Origin: an uncultured Christensenella sp.
GTDB lineage: Bacteria; Bacillota; Clostridia; Christensenellales; UBA1242
Direction of reading: 5' to 3'
Assembly (NCBI GenBank): GCA_949293925.1
Contig: CASFFI010000015.1
Coordinates: 1 to 43,597 of the forward strand
Length of the DNA: 43,597 nucleotides
Shown here: positions 18,373-26,969 of the stretch, in pieces
How positions within the stretch are numbered: the stretch's first letter is position 1
Layout of the letters: every line of letters begins with the position of its first letter
Program-made: the position numbers and the translations under genes
Notes under the pieces: model-generated
Databases searched by the model: none
Told to the model about the DNA's origin: nothing
What the model saw: the letters and a program-made list of their open reading frames with translations, nothing else

Positions 18373-18922
18373 GATTAAAATAAGATTTAAAAATTACTTC
18401 TTTTGGAGTAATTTTTTTTGTTGATGAAAAAAAATACCTAAACTTAGCAGAAGTTAAAATTGACGCCTTAATCATACTGTTAATATTTTTGATTATATTT
18501 TCTTTATCCACCTTTTCTTCTAAAGAAATTTTTTTGTAAATATAATCTAATTTATTGTTATGATTTTTTAATAGTTCCAAAATAATGAGCGAAAAAAAAT
18601 AATAACCTTTATATCCCTTCATAAAACCAAAACTATTCAACTTTTTATCAATACTCAACCAATATTCATTATTAAAATAAAGTTTGCACTGATTGAGTTT
18701 ATCAATACTAACAACAATTTTAAGAACTTTTGAATTTTTTAAAGATGAAATCATAAAATCTTTTCTAACAATTAACATATCGCAAATATTATGTTCTAAA
18801 AATGTTTCCAATAAAACAATATCATTAAATTTAAACAAATTAAACGCACATTTAAACTCTTTTAAACTACATTCATCAAAATCATCAATATTATAAATTA
18901 CAAAATTTTTAACTTTGCACAT
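18359..18922 (-). CDS. Hypothetical protein; possible degenerate receiver plus Spo0A-C-like helical domain
   Basis: I chose the start at ATG 18922 (MCKVKNF...), which has a GAGG SD. The C-terminal half (KGYKGYYFFSLIILELL...IYKKISLEEKVDKENIIKNINSMIKASI...TKKITPKEVI) weakly resembles the Spo0A C-terminal DNA-binding domain by eye. Confidence 0.5.
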   Translation of the reverse strand: MCKVKNFVIYNIDDFDECSLKEFKCAFNLFKFNDIVLLETFLEHNICDMLIVRKDFMISSLKNSKVLKIVVSIDKLNQCKLYFNNEYWLSIDKKLNSFGFMKGYKGYYFFSLIILELLKNHNNKLDYIYKKISLEEKVDKENIIKNINSMIKASILTSAKFRYFFSSTKKITPKEVIFKSYFNLIAC

Positions 18923-19002
18923 TGTAACCTCACGCATCGACAATATAACAATGAAAAATATATAATTCAATACCATTTCGAGATTATTTTACAAAATTAT
19001 AA

Positions 19003-19040
19003 TAAAAAAATAGAACAAATGTTTAATAATAATTGTTCTA
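19003..19040 (-). terminator. Rho-independent terminator of the IMPase-family gene
   Basis: 8-bp stem TAGAACAA/TTGTTCTA (19011-19018 and 19033-19040, including the stop codon) with a 14-nt loop and a T7 run on the minus strand. Confidence 0.5.
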
Positions 19041-19808
19041 TTTATTTGATTGTCGAAAACACTTTTCAATGATAGCATTAATATTATTTGCTATTTCTTC
19101 ATTAAGTGCAAAGACGGTTATACTAACAGTTTTTAGTTTTCTTGTAAGTTTTACACCACCAGCTTCTGATAAAATTAAATCTCCAGGAGCATAATCCCAA
19201 ATGTTAGGATTTAATGTTATATTAACATCTGTATAACCATATAAAATTCCTGTAATTTCAACGCCTGATGACCCTACACTTCTAATTTTTGCTCCTGCAT
19301 TAATTAATCCCTGCATTAAAGCAATATATAATTGAAAATTTTTTATAGGATAAGTTGGCATATTAATTAAACAAGTATCTAATGGTTTATGTAAATTCAA
19401 TATGATTTTTTTGTTATTTATATAAGCCCCTTGCCCTTTTACTGCGTGAATTGTTTTATTAAATTCAGGCAAATACACTACGCTTGCCTTAATTTCACCC
19501 TCATCATAGAAAGCCATCTGAATACACCAGTTAGGGTTACCAGACATATAGTTTAAAGTCCCGTCTATCGGGTCAATAATCCATATTCTATTTTTTAATT
19601 TTTCCAAAGGACTAGATTCTTCACTTAAGATTCTGTCTGATGGAAATTTCTTTTTAATTTCTCTTATTAAATATGCTTCAACAATTAAATCTTTATCAGT
19701 AACATAATCGTGCTTTGATTTTTTAGTAACACTCGTCGCACCTTTTTTTGCAATTACACCACATTTTTTTATGGTTTTTAGCATAAAACTTAATTCTCTT
19801 TCGTACAT
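19038..19808 (-). CDS. Inositol monophosphatase family protein (SuhB-like)
   Basis: WIIDPIDGTLNY and WDYAPGDLILSEAGG motifs. I chose the start at ATG 19808, which has a GAGGGG SD. Confidence 0.85.
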   Translation of the reverse strand: MYERELSFMLKTIKKCGVIAKKGATSVTKKSKHDYVTDKDLIVEAYLIREIKKKFPSDRILSEESSPLEKLKNRIWIIDPIDGTLNYMSGNPNWCIQMAFYDEGEIKASVVYLPEFNKTIHAVKGQGAYINNKKIILNLHKPLDTCLINMPTYPIKNFQLYIALMQGLINAGAKIRSVGSSGVEITGILYGYTDVNITLNPNIWDYAPGDLILSEAGGVKLTRKLKTVSITVFALNEEIANNINAIIEKCFRQSNK

Positions 19809-19871
19809 AACCCCTCTATTTAATCTTAACATTATAACATATTAAAAATTAATTTCAAAATATTTTAAAAT

Positions 19872-19900
19872 AAAAAAACTGTTATAAAACTAACAGTTTT
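19872..19900 (-). terminator. Rho-independent terminator of greA (A/T flanks make it potentially bidirectional)
   Basis: CTGTTA-TAAAAC-TAACAG hairpin extended by A:T pairs, with a T7 run on the minus strand. Confidence 0.6.
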
Positions 19901-19914
19901 AGGTTTTGCTTTAT

Positions 19915-20388
19915 TTATGCTTTTATTTTTAAAATTTTCATTTCTACAACACCTGCAGGAGTATTAATGCTAGCAATTTCGCCAACTTTTTTACCAAGCA
20001 ATCCGGCACCTACAGGACTAATATTACTAATTAAACCATTCATAGGGTCACTTTCAGTATCACCTACAATTCTATAAGTAAATTCTTTATTTACTTTCAT
20101 ATTTAAAATAGTAACTGAACAGCCAACATTCACTTTTGAAGTATTAATCTTTTTTGTATCAATGATAGAAACATTTTTAATCTTTTCTTCCAATTCTTCA
20201 ATTTCAGTTTCCACCGCCACTGCTTCAGCACGGGCAATATCATATTCACTATTTTCAGACAAATCACCATAACTTCTTGCTTCAGCTATTTTATCAGCGA
20301 CTTCTTTTCGTCTAGTTTCTTTCAAATAAGCAAGTCTGGTTTTGCAGTCTTCCAATCCTTTTGCTGTCATAAAAACTTTTTCTTCCAT
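19915..20388 (-). CDS. greA: Transcription elongation factor GreA
   Basis: ARSYGDLSENSEYDIARAE coiled-coil motif and about 158 aa from ATG 20388, which has a GGAGG SD. Confidence 0.9.
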   Translation of the reverse strand: MEEKVFMTAKGLEDCKTRLAYLKETRRKEVADKIAEARSYGDLSENSEYDIARAEAVAVETEIEELEEKIKNVSIIDTKKINTSKVNVGCSVTILNMKVNKEFTYRIVGDTESDPMNGLISNISPVGAGLLGKKVGEIASINTPAGVVEMKILKIKA

Positions 20389-20460
20389 AATACCTCCACT
20401 ACATAACATCAACAAAAAAAGCAATATCAAAGAATAATTGCCCTTTCATTAATATATGCT

Positions 20461-20489
20461 ATAATATCATTTTAATCACACAATGTCAA
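20461..20489 (-). promoter_or_regulatory. Promoter TTGACA-17-TATTAT for greA
   Basis: The complement of 20484-20489 is TTGACA and the complement of 20461-20466 is TATTAT, with a 17-nt spacer. Confidence 0.5.
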
Positions 20490-20501
20490 TAATTTGTTAC
20501 A

Positions 20502-21386
20502 TTATTTTAAAGATTTTTGTATATCGAGAACTACAATTTTACCTTCAACATAGCCTAAAGCAAAATTTGATTTATTTTTAGACATAAACTCTACAGACAA
20601 TCTTCCAAGTTCACTTCCATACCATCTGTCAAAAGCAGAAGGTCTGCCGCCTCTTTGAATGTAGCCCAATCTGTGAGGCTTATAAATATATTTTGTATTA
20701 GTTTCCAAAAATTCTTTACAATAATCCAAATCTACAGTGTTTTCCATAAGCAAAATTAAGAAATTTTGAGGCTTTTTTGTTTTAATTTTATTTGCCACTA
20801 TTTGCAAATCTTCTTTAGCCTTGACGACAAGTTTTGTTTGAAGGCAAACAGATGAAATATCAGTTAGATCAGAACAATGTCTGCCCATAATTTCCACTAT
20901 TGCACCATACCCAAAACTTTTTGTACAATCTGAAATATTTTCAATAGCATTTACTATATTGTTTAAAGCAGTATCAAAACCTAAAGTTCTGTCCATATTT
21001 AAATCGTTGTCAATTGTTGCTGGCAAACAAATGCAGGATATTCCATAATTTTGTAATTCCAAACTTGCTTTAAAACTGCCGTTACCTCCTAAAATGATTA
21101 AATGTTCTATACCTAAATTTTTTAAATTTTTTGCTGACTTTTTTACATACTTATCTTCATAAAATCTTTTAGAGCGCGCTGATTTTAAAATAGTCCCACC
21201 TAAATTTTCTCGCCCTATAATATCAATTTCATTCAATGGATAAATTTTATTATCAATTAATCCATCAAATCCGCCTATAACTTTAAAAATTTCTATTTTT
21301 TTTGTTTTCGCGGTCTGATACGCTGATAAAATGCAAGCATTCATTCCCTGACAATCGCCACCGCTAGTCAAAATTGCTATTTTCAT
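20502..21386 (-). CDS. pfkA: 6-phosphofructokinase (PfkA family), short form
   Basis: LTSGGDCQGMNA, PATIDND, MGRHCSDL and LGYIQRGGRPSAFDR motifs. I chose the start at ATG 21386, which has a GAGGGGGAG SD. Confidence 0.85.
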   Translation of the reverse strand: MKIAILTSGGDCQGMNACILSAYQTAKTKKIEIFKVIGGFDGLIDNKIYPLNEIDIIGRENLGGTILKSARSKRFYEDKYVKKSAKNLKNLGIEHLIILGGNGSFKASLELQNYGISCICLPATIDNDLNMDRTLGFDTALNNIVNAIENISDCTKSFGYGAIVEIMGRHCSDLTDISSVCLQTKLVVKAKEDLQIVANKIKTKKPQNFLILLMENTVDLDYCKEFLETNTKYIYKPHRLGYIQRGGRPSAFDRWYGSELGRLSVEFMSKNKSNFALGYVEGKIVVLDIQKSLK

Positions 21387-21394
21387 ACTCCCCC

Positions 21395-21649
21395 TCATTC
21401 TTTTACAACTTCCAACAACAATTTATCAAAATCTATTTTTTCAACAAAGTCGCCATTGCTAAAATGACTAATTCCAAATTTTTTTAAATCATACAAGTGC
21501 TTCATTAATATTACAGGAGTTGGAATATCTAAACTTTCACATATTGTTTTTACAATTTGATAAAATGTAACTTCACGCTCGTCAAACTGAATAATGTTTT
21601 GTTTAATAATTTTTTCTTTTGAAGTAATTCTACAACATATCTTTAACAT
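21395..21649 (-). CDS. Hypothetical small protein (84 aa), closely linked to pfkA (8-nt gap)
   Basis: AAGGAG SD. Its TGA stop lies 8 nt upstream of the pfkA ATG. No motif recognised. Confidence 0.45.
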   Translation of the reverse strand: MLKICCRITSKEKIIKQNIIQFDEREVTFYQIVKTICESLDIPTPVILMKHLYDLKKFGISHFSNGDFVEKIDFDKLLLEVVKE

Positions 21650-21666
21650 TCTTACTCCTTTTTAAT

Positions 21667-21695
21667 ATTTTAAACATATTCTACAAAAAAATCAA
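21667..21695 (-). promoter_or_regulatory. Promoter TTGATT-17-TAAAAT for the small ORF-pfkA unit
   Basis: The complement of 21690-21695 is TTGATT and the complement of 21667-21672 is TAAAAT, with a 17-nt spacer. Confidence 0.45.
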
Positions 21696-21715
21696 TCTCT
21701 TTTAAAGCATTTAAT

Positions 21716-21744
21716 TTGACAAACAATTTTAATTTAATTAAACT
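21716..21744 (+). promoter_or_regulatory. Promoter TTGACA-17-TAAACT, ending 7 nt before ATG 21752
   Basis: TTGACA at 21716-21721, a 17-nt spacer, TAAACT at 21739-21744, then AATTATT and the ATG. No SD. Confidence 0.45.
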
Positions 21745-21751
21745 AATTATT

Positions 21752-23008
21752 ATGGAAACACCAAGCATATCAGTAAAATATGTTGAGGACTACGCAATAG
21801 ATAATGTGCGTAGTAGTGTTTTGTCTGCAATAAATGAACTAGGTGGCATCAAAAAGTTTGTAAAACCTAGTGATAGAGTTGTTATAAAAGCAAATTTATG
21901 TGGGGCATATTCTCCCGATAAAGCAATTACAACTCACCCCAATGTAATTAGAGCTGTAGTTGAACCTATACTAAAAATTGGTGCAAAGTGCACACTTGTT
22001 GATAGTTCCATTGTATCTTATAATGATAATAAAATAGATAAAGTATATGAAGTAACAGGGATGTTCGATTTAGCATTATCTACTAATATAAAATTAAACA
22101 AAAATTTTAATTTCAAAACAATTAATTTTGATGGCAAACAAACAAAATCTCTAAATATTTTATCTGTAATTGAAGATGCAACGGTAATTATAAATGTATC
22201 AAAATTAAAAACAAGCATATACACAGGAATAACTGGCTGTGTTGAAAATTTGATGGGTTGTGTACCTTATCCACACCAAAAACAAATAAAAAGTTTATAT
22301 CCAGACCTTAATAGATACACAAATTATTTAATTGATTTAGAAGAATATTTACATAATAAAATAAGATTAAATTTAGTAGATGCAATAGTAGGTATGGAAG
22401 GCGAGGGTCCAATTAATGGTACACCTAGAATATTAAATAGAATAATCTTAGGGATTGACCCATATTTAACTGACCTTATGAGTTTATCATTAATAGGATA
22501 TCCAATTGTAAAAATGCCTTTAATAGTCGCATCTGCAAAGCGAAATAAATTTCCATTTTATACAAATCTTATTGAAGATATAAAAACAGCTACAAATGAA
22601 AAATTTGAAAATATGAATATTGTACAAACAAATTATAATATTATAGAAAAATTTTCAAAATTAAGTGAAGTTGTTGCTCCAGCCACCAAAGATTTTAATA
22701 TAGTAAAAGTGAATTCTGATACTAAAACAAATTCAATGAATAAAATATCTTCTAAAATTTATAATTCAACGCATAATTGTATTCCTAAAATCAATAAAAG
22801 TCATTGTCGAGGCTGTTCAATATGCTATAACATTTGCCCTACTCACGCAATAACAATTCAACGCGATGAAAAAGATGAATTATATGCAAACATTGATTAT
22901 TCAAAATGTATATATTGTTATAAATGTGTACAGGCTTGTTGTTATAATGTAATAACAGCACATCAACCTTTTGGCTATAAAAAGATATATAAAAAACAAG
23001 AAAAATAA
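21752..23008 (+). CDS. DUF362-domain protein fused to a 2x[4Fe-4S] ferredoxin domain
   Basis: The N-terminal region has a DUF362-like DRVVIKANLCG motif. The C-terminus carries CRGCSICYNICP and CIYCYKCVQACC cluster motifs. ATG 21752 is preferred to the TTG at 21716, which is the -35 box. Confidence 0.75.
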   Translation: METPSISVKYVEDYAIDNVRSSVLSAINELGGIKKFVKPSDRVVIKANLCGAYSPDKAITTHPNVIRAVVEPILKIGAKCTLVDSSIVSYNDNKIDKVYEVTGMFDLALSTNIKLNKNFNFKTINFDGKQTKSLNILSVIEDATVIINVSKLKTSIYTGITGCVENLMGCVPYPHQKQIKSLYPDLNRYTNYLIDLEEYLHNKIRLNLVDAIVGMEGEGPINGTPRILNRIILGIDPYLTDLMSLSLIGYPIVKMPLIVASAKRNKFPFYTNLIEDIKTATNEKFENMNIVQTNYNIIEKFSKLSEVVAPATKDFNIVKVNSDTKTNSMNKISSKIYNSTHNCIPKINKSHCRGCSICYNICPTHAITIQRDEKDELYANIDYSKCIYCYKCVQACCYNVITAHQPFGYKKIYKKQEK

Positions 23009-23507
23009 TATAAGTAAAAAAATTAAAAATTTAATTTATATCATTAATAATTATAATAAATTTGTTAAAAATCAAAAAAATATTATAAATTTATACAAAA
23101 ATTAATAAATTTTACAAATATTTGTATAATTATAATATTAATTTTATAAAATTTAATTTATTATCTTTTAATATTAAAAATTGTTAAAATCATTAATAAA
23201 AGAATTTATTAATTAAATTTATTTAATTGACATAACTATTGCAAATTAAATAAAATCAAATTTTCGTTTCAATAAAAATAATTTGTGTCAATAATTTTGA
23301 TGATTTTATTATTATTAATATAAAATTAATTAAAAATTTTTATAAATTTTTAGTTTGTTGTTTGCATTTTATGTATAAAAATAAATTATAATTTACAAAA
23401 AAACAGCATAAATAAACAATTAAATGTTATTCATTATAAATGGCAAACCATAAAGGCACCAATTAAAATGTATAACCTTTACTATATTTTTTTTAAAATG
23501 AATACAT

Positions 23508-23550
23508 AAAGGAACTCTACACATTAAGTAAAGTTCCTTTTATTTTTTTT
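23508..23550 (+). terminator. Orphan rho-independent terminator in an ORF-free spacer
   Basis: 9-bp stem AAAGGAACT/AGTTCCTTT (23508-23516 and 23532-23540) with a 15-nt loop, followed by TATTTTTTTT. Confidence 0.5.
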
Positions 23551-23580
23551 ATTTCAAAATGTTTTCACTCTATAATATTT

Positions 23581-23672
23581 TTTAATTAATATTTATTTTT
23601 TTTAATTAATATTTATTTTTTTTAATTAATATTTATTTTTTTTAATTAATATTTATTTTTTTTAATATTTTT
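23581..23672. repeat. Perfect tandem repeat: the 20-bp unit TTTAATTAATATTTATTTTT x4 plus a partial fifth copy
   Basis: Four identical 20-mers at 23581-23660, then TTTAATATTTTT. Each unit contains the palindrome TTAATTAA. Confidence 0.95.
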
Positions 23673-23749
23673 TTGTGATTTTTATTATTTATTTTATTTT
23701 TTTTCTGAATTTTTCAGAAATTTTAAACATTTTAAAATATTTATTTATG

Positions 23750-25477
23750 CTATCTTAATTTAATATGAACTTCCCTTAATTGCTGTTCTGTTACAACACT
23801 AGGAGCCCCCATTAATAAATCTTGTGCTTTAACACTCATAGGGAATGGTATTACATCACGAATGTTAGATGAATTTGTTAATATCATCATTAACCTTTCA
23901 AGTCCAGGTGCAATTCCGCAATGAGGTGGAACCCCAAACTTAAATGCTGTTATTAATGCTTTAAAGTTTTTATCTACTAATTCTTTTGAATATCCAACCA
24001 TTTCAAATGCTTTGTAAAGACATTCTACTGAAATATTTCTTTCTGCACCAGATGCTGCTTCGTATCCATTTATAACCAAATCATATTGTTCAGCAATAAT
24101 ATCAATCGGATTTTGATTGTTTAACGCTTCAATACCACCTCTTATTTTAGAAAAAGGATTATGCCCAAAATCTAGTTTATTAGTTTCTTCATTTAATTCA
24201 AAGAAAGGGAAATCTACTATCCAACACAATTTGAAATCATTGTAATCTATCAAATTCAAATCTTTCGCAACCCTGGTTCTCAAAAGATTAGACAATTTAT
24301 CACACATTACAGGTTCATCTGCAATTACAAATATATCATCTCCAACATTAGCATTAGTTAGTTTTTTAAGTTGTTCTGCTTCTTCTAAAGATATAAACTT
24401 CATAATAGGACCTTTTAGTGTTCCGTCATCTAATACCCTAACCCAAGCAAGACCTTTTGCTCCAACTGACAACATATAATTAGTTAAGTTATCATAAAAA
24501 CTTCTTGCAATTTTAGATGTATTTATTGAAAAACCTTTTACTCTATTCCCTTTAAATGCTTTAAAATCAGTGTTTTCAAATGTCTTTGTCAAATCTACAA
24601 ATTTAATAGGATTTCTTAAATCAGGCTTATCTGTCCCATAGAAAGTCATAGCATCTTTATAAGTTATTCTTTCAAAATGTTTAGGTAAAGATACTTTTGC
24701 AAACTTTTCAAATATTTGTCCCATAACATCTTCAATTAAACTAAAAACTTCTTCTTTATCGCAATAACTCATTTCAATATCTAATTGATAAAATTCGCCA
24801 GGTGTTCTGTCCGCCCTACCGTCTTCATCTCTAAAACAAGGAGCTATTTGAAAATATTTATCAACATTTGAACACATTAATAATTGTTTGAACTGTTGCG
24901 GTGCTTGAGGTAAAGCGTAAAACATTCCTTTATGCACACGACTAGGAACAAGATAATCTCTTGCTCCTTCTGGACTAGATGCAGAAAGTATTGGAGTTTG
25001 AACCTCCAAAAAATTTTTCGCTTGCATAATTTTTCTAATGTCAAAAAGTAAGTCATTTCTAAACTTCAACATATTTTGCCATTTTGGTCCTCTGAGTTCC
25101 AAATAACGATATTTAAGTCTTACATCTTCAGAAACATTATCGCACTCAGAAATTTCAAAAGGAAGAACTGATGCTTTTGATAAAATTTTCATATCTTCAA
25201 CTAAAAGTTCAACTTTACCACTTTTTAATTTTAAATTATACGAAGAACTATCTCTTGCAATAATTTTTCCTGAAACTTGAATAACACTTTCCCTGCTAAC
25301 GCTATCTGAAGCAGAAATTTTTTGCAAATTTAATTGAACAACACCATAGTGGTCCCTTAAATCGAAAAATTTAATACCACCATGGTCTCTTATATTTTGA
25401 ACAAATCCGCATAAAGTTGTAGATTTACCTACCATACTTTCATCAATTTGGTCGCAAGTATTTTTTCTGTAATACAT
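23750..25477 (-). CDS. aspS: Aspartyl-tRNA synthetase (bacterial type)
   Basis: Class IIb motifs FRDED, the GLERL region (GIAPGLERLMMIL) and an N-terminal OB anticodon-binding domain. 575 aa. The start lies 1 nt after the gatB stop, with an AGGAGAA SD. Confidence 0.95.
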   Translation of the reverse strand: MYYRKNTCDQIDESMVGKSTTLCGFVQNIRDHGGIKFFDLRDHYGVVQLNLQKISASDSVSRESVIQVSGKIIARDSSSYNLKLKSGKVELLVEDMKILSKASVLPFEISECDNVSEDVRLKYRYLELRGPKWQNMLKFRNDLLFDIRKIMQAKNFLEVQTPILSASSPEGARDYLVPSRVHKGMFYALPQAPQQFKQLLMCSNVDKYFQIAPCFRDEDGRADRTPGEFYQLDIEMSYCDKEEVFSLIEDVMGQIFEKFAKVSLPKHFERITYKDAMTFYGTDKPDLRNPIKFVDLTKTFENTDFKAFKGNRVKGFSINTSKIARSFYDNLTNYMLSVGAKGLAWVRVLDDGTLKGPIMKFISLEEAEQLKKLTNANVGDDIFVIADEPVMCDKLSNLLRTRVAKDLNLIDYNDFKLCWIVDFPFFELNEETNKLDFGHNPFSKIRGGIEALNNQNPIDIIAEQYDLVINGYEAASGAERNISVECLYKAFEMVGYSKELVDKNFKALITAFKFGVPPHCGIAPGLERLMMILTNSSNIRDVIPFPMSVKAQDLLMGAPSVVTEQQLREVHIKLR

Positions 25478-25478
25478 A

Positions 25479-26891
25479 TTATTCTCCTAACTTCTTTTTA
25501 ATTGTTTCCATAACAAATTGAGCATTTGCTTTTCCTTTTGTTTGCCTCATAACAAGCCCCACCAAAAAGTTTAACACTTTACTATCTGATGATTGCAAAT
25601 ACTGATTTATGACATTAGGATTGCCACTTATTACTTCTTCAATGACTTTCAAAATATCATCATTTGAAATATCAACAATTATATTCATATTTTTTGCAGT
25701 TGTTTCTGCATTTAAATCGTTTCCCCAAACTTTCGACAATAAGTCCTTTGCTGACAATCTCTGAATTTTACCATTATCAACAGCCTGCATTATATAAAGC
25801 AAATTCTCGTCACTTATTTTTATACTTTTATCATCATTATCTTTTATTCTTGCCATTACTTCAGTTGTCAACCAATTTGAAACAACTTTTGGTTTGTTGA
25901 ACTTTGTAATAAGTCTTGTAAACATCTTACATATATCAATATTTGAAATAATAACATCAGCATCATACTCGCTAAGTAAATATTCTTTAGTAAACTTTTC
26001 CTTTAACTCATGTGGAAGTGGTGGCATATTTTTTGATATTTTTTCAACAAGTGAATTAGGGATTTTCACAACTGGCAAATCGGGGTCTTGAAAATATCTG
26101 TAATCTTCGCTATTTTCTTTTGTTCTTAATACAAAATTTTCACCCTTTTCATCATCCCATTTTAATGTGGCTTGAACAACTTGTTTGCCTTCATCTAACA
26201 ATTCTTTTTGCCTTTCAATTTCATAATTGATAGCTCGCTGAATAGATTTAAAGCCCATTATGTTTTTCATTTCTGTTCTAGTCCCAAATTTTTCGCTTCC
26301 TTTAGGCTTTAAACTAATATTTACATCGGCACGCATTCCACCTTCTTCTATAAGGCATTTTGCAATTCCAGAATAAATGTAAAGACCGCGTAAAGTTGTT
26401 AAAAATTCAATACATTCATCAGCACTAGATAAATCTGGTTCAGTAACTAATTCTATTAAAGGTACTCCACCCCTATTGTAATCAACTAAAGTGTTTGACC
26501 CTTCGTGTATAAGTTTACCAGCATCTTCTTCTAGATGAATACGGTTAATTCTAATTGTTTTGCCATTTTTAAGATTTATATGTCCATTTATGCAGATAGG
26601 TTTTTCTAATTGACTGATTTGGTATGCTTTTGAAAGGTCAGGATAAAAATAATTTTTTCTTTCAAAAATTGCAACATCGTTAATTTTACAATTAGTTGCC
26701 AACCCCGCAATAATCGTATATTCAAAAGCCTGTTTATTCAATATAGGCAAAGCCCCTGGAAGACCGACGCAAATAGGACAAATATTTGTGTTAGGTTTGT
26801 CCCCATAACTATTTGCACACGAACAAAAACACTTAGATTTTGTATCTAATTCAGCGTGTACTTCTAGACCAATTACAACATCATACTGCAT
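25479..26891 (-). CDS. gatB: Asp/Glu-tRNA amidotransferase subunit B
   Basis: IGLEVHAEL, the CPICVGLPGALP zinc motif and a C-terminal YqeY-like tail. 470 aa. Confidence 0.95.
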   Translation of the reverse strand: MQYDVVIGLEVHAELDTKSKCFCSCANSYGDKPNTNICPICVGLPGALPILNKQAFEYTIIAGLATNCKINDVAIFERKNYFYPDLSKAYQISQLEKPICINGHINLKNGKTIRINRIHLEEDAGKLIHEGSNTLVDYNRGGVPLIELVTEPDLSSADECIEFLTTLRGLYIYSGIAKCLIEEGGMRADVNISLKPKGSEKFGTRTEMKNIMGFKSIQRAINYEIERQKELLDEGKQVVQATLKWDDEKGENFVLRTKENSEDYRYFQDPDLPVVKIPNSLVEKISKNMPPLPHELKEKFTKEYLLSEYDADVIISNIDICKMFTRLITKFNKPKVVSNWLTTEVMARIKDNDDKSIKISDENLLYIMQAVDNGKIQRLSAKDLLSKVWGNDLNAETTAKNMNIIVDISNDDILKVIEEVISGNPNVINQYLQSSDSKVLNFLVGLVMRQTKGKANAQFVMETIKKKLGE

Positions 26892-26969
26892 ATAATTTCC
26901 TTTTTAATTATATTTTTTGTCAAAAATTTATAAATTTTTTAAAAAATTATTGAAAAAATACTGTTTTTT

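Noticed and set aside
23581-23672. CRISPR array
   Set aside because: The 20-bp units are directly abutting with no spacers, are almost pure A/T, and no cas genes are nearby. This is a simple tandem repeat.
23703-23720. Hairpin TTCTGAA-TTT-TTCAGAA as the aspS terminator
   Set aside because: On the minus strand (the aspS sense strand) the hairpin is followed by an A run, not a U tract. It looks like a terminator only on the plus strand, and even there it is weak (A/T-rich stem), so it is not called.
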